DNA from: Chromera velia
Taxonomy: Eukaryota
DNA length: 46,048 nt
Assembly: GCA_018398765.1 (NCBI GenBank)
Contig: JAHBMJ010000475.1
Coordinates: forward strand, 1 to 46,048
Direction of reading: 5' to 3'
In this document: piece by piece, positions 37,156 to 46,048 of the stretch
Layout of the letters: each line of letters starts with the position of its first letter
Position numbering within the stretch: the first letter of the stretch is position 1
Notes under the pieces: model-generated
Told to the model about the DNA's origin: nothing
Seen by the model: the letters and a program-made list of their open reading frames with translations, nothing else
The model's database searches: none
Made by a program: the position numbers and the translations under genes

Positions 37156-38799
37156 ATGGAAGTGAATTATCAGCTGCCCTTCAGACCCGACTCTGATGGC
37201 ATTCTTTTGGAGGCACTGAGGAGTCTAGAGGAGGCTGGGGTCCTCACGGTGACTGCCATGAGGGCCCTCGAGATAGTCCAGAGCAAAAGGGGGCAGAAGA
37301 GAAACCTGGAAAGACAAGAATCTCAGACAGCAGGACTTTCTCTGTCCTCAGGACCTCCCGTAGAACAGGGAGGTGTGACTGCACAGGCTGAGACCTATTT
37401 CCAAAATCCCGTCCTTTCTCTGATATGGGTTCCCGACGTCACCCGATCTGATTCCCTCCCCCTATTCTTTCCTTCCCCAACCCATCCGTCTCCCCACTCT
37501 TCAGAGACCCTCCCAGCGTTCATGGAAACGTGTGAGAAAATTCTCTCTGCCACTCATGAGCTATTTTCGGCCCCTGTCGTAATTTCGAAGCTCATGGCGT
37601 GTGTGAACACTTTGAAAGAGCTCGCCAATAAGGTGCTTGTGAACCTGCACGCCCCGAGAAAATTCCTCCGACTGAACACTGAGAACAAAAAATTGAGAGA
37701 AATGCTCAGCACAGAGCTCAGTCCCATGGCCTTTGCTCTCCTCTCAGCGTGCGATTTCAGGCTGACCGACCGACAGACTCACGAAGCTCTGTCCTCCGAA
37801 CCTCTCTCCTTCTCTGTCACCAAGCTGCTCATCCTCAAACGTCTCCTCCAGGTGGACCCAGACAAAGACAAGAACAAGAAAATAGAAGCGAAAGGAACCA
37901 AAACAAGCCTCGCAGGAGCCGCAGCGCTTGCGCGCTTTTCTGCCTCTACGGCTCCGTCTCCTTCCAACGGGCCGCCTGGTCACGTCTCCCTTCTGCCTAG
38001 TGCCGATCGTCTGGCTTCTCTCCCCTCTCTCCTCCGTCTCTACAGATCCGAGACGTTCTCGGCATGGGCGGGGATCTTCAAACAGGACTGGGATGCCTCT
38101 GCGGAGGCGTTCATGAAGGCGGCGGGAAGAGGCCCCCCCCTCCCCCGCTTTGAGAGGAGTGGGACCCAACAAGAGTCGAATGTCGAAAATATGACCAGAC
38201 AGCAACTGCGCCAGATATTGAATGGAGCAGTGGGAGGGGGGGGAGGGATGAACATCGACGCGGCTGAAGGGGAAGAAGGGGTGGAGAGGTTTCAGTGTGT
38301 CTCGCACCGTGGTTTGGGGATTCTGACTGGTTTTCTTCTCTTCCGACGATATGGGGATGCAGCGGGTTGGGGTATAAGGATGCAGTCAAAGGAAGAGGGC
38401 GGGGTGGGCATGGGGGTGAGGATGGATGGGAAAGTTTCCGTACACGGTGATTTTTTTGGGAGTTTCTTCCGAGCTACGGACGAAGATGTGGCTTCACTTC
38501 TTCGGTTGCTTCCGGTCCCTTCGGGAGTGCGTGTGTTGGTGTGTCGATTTGTTCGGCGCCTGGCCCACAAAGTTTTTTTCCCTCCCGATCCATCATCGGG
38601 TGTGGAGAATGAGAAGAATGTGGCTACTGAAATTGTGGAAGCGTGGACGAACAACGGGCCCCTTTCGGATCTTCTCAAGGGTGGGGCAGGGGGAGGGGGG
38701 TCGGCAGACCTCTCCGGCAGCGTCTTTGCCGTCTCGTGTCTGTTCGATGCCATTGAGGGAGTCGTGGCGTCTCTGGGGATCTTCCTGGTGCCTTCGTGA
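37156..38799 (+). CDS. Hypothetical protein with a PUB-domain-like segment; intronless
   Basis: The frame is open from 37123 to 38799 (first ATG at 37156). LKELANKVLVNLHAPRKFLRLNTENKKLRE..AFALLSACDF resembles the PUB (p97-binding) pattern. Confidence 0.65.
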   Translation: MEVNYQLPFRPDSDGILLEALRSLEEAGVLTVTAMRALEIVQSKRGQKRNLERQESQTAGLSLSSGPPVEQGGVTAQAETYFQNPVLSLIWVPDVTRSDSLPLFFPSPTHPSPHSSETLPAFMETCEKILSATHELFSAPVVISKLMACVNTLKELANKVLVNLHAPRKFLRLNTENKKLREMLSTELSPMAFALLSACDFRLTDRQTHEALSSEPLSFSVTKLLILKRLLQVDPDKDKNKKIEAKGTKTSLAGAAALARFSASTAPSPSNGPPGHVSLLPSADRLASLPSLLRLYRSETFSAWAGIFKQDWDASAEAFMKAAGRGPPLPRFERSGTQQESNVENMTRQQLRQILNGAVGGGGGMNIDAAEGEEGVERFQCVSHRGLGILTGFLLFRRYGDAAGWGIRMQSKEEGGVGMGVRMDGKVSVHGDFFGSFFRATDEDVASLLRLLPVPSGVRVLVCRFVRRLAHKVFFPPDPSSGVENEKNVATEIVEAWTNNGPLSDLLKGGAGGGGSADLSGSVFAVSCLFDAIEGVVASLGIFLVPS

Positions 38800-39217
38800 A
38801 GAGGCAGGCACCTTCGCATGTAGTTAAATTGGATGTGCGTGCAGCATTGCTGCATGGGGAGCATTTACCACGGGGGGCGAAGAGGGACCCCCGGGGGGGG
38901 GAGGGAGGGGGGGGCAACATAGAGTGGAGAGCCGATGAGCGATGCGGAGCCAGCTTTGAGCGACAGTTTCTGAACTAATTTTCTGCAAGTTTCCAAAGAG
39001 GTAGAAGCACAGAAAAGTGTGAATGCTTCTCGTGATTAGTTGGTGTCAGTTTGACAATATGACTCGTAATGACTCAATCTTCGCAACTTTCTTTCCGTGT
39101 ACGTGTGTTTTGTGTCCGTCCGCCTGTCTGTCTGTTGGTAGTTCAAAAGGAAAAAGAAAGGAAGAAGAAAAAAAAAGGCGTGCACTTGCGGTCTGTCTAC
39201 GTCTGTGTATCTGTTTC

Positions 39218-39219
<2 letters not shown>

Positions 39220-39256
<37 letters not shown>

Positions 39257-39363
39257 AGAGGGAGAGAGAGACAGAGAGACATAGACAGAGAGAGAGAAAA
39301 TATGTTAGAAAACAGGCCTCTCTCTCTCTCTCTCTCTCTCTCTGTTTCTCTCTCCTTCTCTCT

Positions 39364-39405
<42 letters not shown>

Positions 39406-39421
39406 CCCTCCCTCCCTCCCC
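39220..39421. repeat. (TG)n/(GA)n/(CT)n microsatellite cluster
   Basis: Directly visible. Confidence 0.9.
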
Positions 39422-41049
39422 TATATATGGTGATAGAGCTAAGAAGCAAAAAAGAATATTGGATTTAAACTGTTTATTTGTTAGTGTGGAGTTGTGTTAA
39501 GTCTAGTTGAGTCTTGAATTAAATCTATAGTTTTAGATTGTTTTAGGTAGTGCGTTCTAGGATATGTTTTATAATATGTCAGTTAATTTGAATATATTAC
39601 ATATTGATTGATTGATATGGTCCGCCCACATATTATGAGACTAAGTGAGACCGAGCATAAGGAGGTAACACCTCTTCTCCTAAGTGATCGCACTTAGTTT
39701 AGTTAGATCTCTACTACGGAAAGTCTATCAGTTCAAGGTTCACTTCCAAACTGCTTCTAGAAGCTTTGCAAGCAACTGTTGTTTACTCAATCCAGGCTAT
39801 ATGCAACTGACTGAATTAATTCCATTTTATTTCTATTTTATTCAAAGTTACACTAGTACAGTACAGTGTAAAAGCAAAACTAGTACAGTACAGTACAGTA
39901 CAATTCGAGCGGCCCGCCCCGCCTTGCCTCACTAAATTGGGCGGGCCACCCGCCACTCGTCCCACTACCTTTTTATAAGCTTTTAAGCTAAGTTTTAGCA
40001 TGTTTAGTATGTTTGTAAGCTAACCTTTAAAGTTTTAGTAACTTTTTACTAGTGTTTTAGTGAGTTTTCATTATGTTTTTATAGTAATTTAAGATAGTAA
40101 ATAGTAAGTAATTAAAGTTTGCATTCTAAAACATAAATTAGAGAAAAAGATGGCTTTAAGTGAAGCTTCTCAACCACAAGAATACAATATTTCTATTCCA
40201 CCCCTCGGGTCTTTAAACGAGGTTTTACATATTGAAGTCGAGGGGCGAAGGAAATCCAGGGCAACGATATCCTTGTAGATAACGTTGAAATGGCGCAAGG
40301 TAGTACAAGCTGCGACGCCCCCTCTTCAGCTTAACTGTATATCGCCAAACGACAAGGTAGACAATGTTAGACGACCAAGTTTACTCTGAGAAGTCTTAGA
40401 GAAACCGTCTCACCTAGTCATACTAGGACTTGCTGGTCACTACATACGCCAACTTCCGCCAACCTCCACCTCCAAAAGGTTCATCAGAAGAATGCCAGCC
40501 CAGGGCACCATAGAAGAGAGATACAGATTTTAGGCCTGCAAGGATTCGACCTTGCGTCTGATGAGTCAACGGAGGCATTCGATGATGAGTTGGATGGAGA
40601 GATGGCAGTTAAATACCTGAAGAGCATTGGACTGGAGTTCAAAGAGGCTCCTTTCTGAGTCTGACAGAAGGAACAGGGAGGAGAGGGGGGAGGCAGACTG
40701 CTGAGACTGTTGCTAGGACTATTGTAATGATGGTATATGAATTTATGTTATATATATATATATATATATATATGTATAACATATAGTTTCAATTCTTTTG
40801 GAAGCTTTCTCTAAGTTACTGTAATTCATCATTACTATATCATAACTTAGCACACGTTGATAGAGTATTAATGTAGGTTAAGAGACCCCTTAGGACACTA
40901 GAAATAGAAAAAAAAATTTTTTAAGGTCTAGTACAGTAGTACAGTACAGTGTAGATGTTATAATACAGTAGTACAGTACAGTACAGTATAGTAAAGTGTA
41001 GTATAGTATACTTGTGCAACTATGATTTTATTTAATTCTCTTCTAATAC

Positions 41050-45188
<4,139 letters not shown>

Positions 45189-46048
45189 TGTGGGGCAGTG
45201 AAAATGTCAATCCGTACAGCGGTGCAAGCTCACGTAGCAAGAACGTACAGAGTGACAAAATTTGTATGCATGTGTTGTCCGTGCGTGTCAGCGTACTCTT
45301 TGCATGCACTCTGACCTTTTGATAATTCAGAGATGAAATGCATGCACAGTAATACAAAATATGTCAGAATGATCCAATTGAAAGAAACCGTACGATCTGA
45401 AGAATCCGAATAATAGACCAATACATAACGTTATAACTCCTCTGATTCGTGGCACTGGAGCTGATGCGTCTGAGGCTAGGCTCTATCCGTAGATAGGAGC
45501 GAGGTTCTAGGTCTACACACCAATATTTGGTTGCTTTCCATCCGGGCGATTACTGTCGTTCTTTCTTTCTGAAGTGTTGTTGAAATGTCTTCGTCTTCAC
45601 ACATTGCACAGACTCCGAAACAGACAGAAGGAGCATCTGGCTCAGGTGAAAACAGAGAGTTGGCAGATGGTGCTGACCAGGAAGAAAGAAGAGTAAGGAA
45701 TCTGTTTCTGGGCATGAATAGTCCGGGACTAAATGGAACGCTCTCTGCTCCCAGCAGCAGAGGCATCTTTTCCGGTGACCAGCCGTCTGTTGCCAAGCAA
45801 CAGATTGTTTCGAAGAGAGACCTGCGTGTGCCCAAGTTCTCCAAGAAGGCTGGATACCCTCGTTCAACTTGGCGCAAGAAAATGAAGTTCTTTACCAGTG
45901 AGGCGGCTGATGCTCTAGACTACGACTCGGACACCGCCAGTCGAGCAACAAAGAAGAAATATAACAACGTGATGCTTTGAGCGCTGGTCGAAGCAGGCGA
46001 TGACGATGAACAGTTCTTCAACATCGTGGACGCGGCAACTGAGGTGCT
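45189..46048 (+). mobile_element. Probable 5' LTR and gag start of a second LTR retrotransposon, in opposite orientation and running off the window
   Basis: Starts TGTGGG where the gypsy gag-like frame breaks. About 335 bp later comes ..ccaatatttggt, resembling an AACA|TT|TGGT LTR-PBS junction. ORF 45585 contains a gag-like VPKFSKKAGYPRSTWRKKMKFF and continues in frame beyond the TGA at 45978-45980. Confidence 0.5.

Noticed and set aside
39855..39970. (CAGTA)n run and GC hairpin, possibly a Helitron or TIR end
   Set aside because: No CTRR terminus at the expected spacing and no convincing partner TIR or TSD.
40150..40660. Coding-like relic ending ..MAVKYLKSIGLEFKEAPF*
   Set aside because: All frames are interrupted and no family could be assigned.

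Overview
Eukaryotic nuclear DNA. GC-rich, microsatellite-laden multi-exon genes alternate with AT-rich blocks of decayed repeats. The intron style, GTCAG/GTGAG donors and abundant TGCATGCA suggest an alveolate, most like a chromerid such as Chromera (inference). Genes: the 3' part of a large HEAT-repeat, HEATR6/DUF4042-like gene (+, 13 phase-consistent exons, 173-9383); an intronless DUF2828-vWA gene (-) head-to-head with a 5-exon RGG+RRM ALY/REF-like gene (+); a roughly 19-exon PRP3 gene (-) head-to-head with an intronless PUB-like gene (+). Mobile DNA: a 635-bp foldback/MITE with TA flanks, a stop-interrupted Zn-finger/PIP-box transposase-like ORF, a dead chromovirus (Ty3/gypsy) whose RT catalytic core is deleted, and a probable second LTR element nested in its gag. 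Most notable: three separate tandem duplications that each straddle a splice junction of one gene; C-to-T decay of repeats at both CpG and CpA (RIP-like); a consensus splice site enclosed by a 22-bp stem in a PRP3 intron; and several inverted-duplication structures. All assignments were made by eye; no searches were run.
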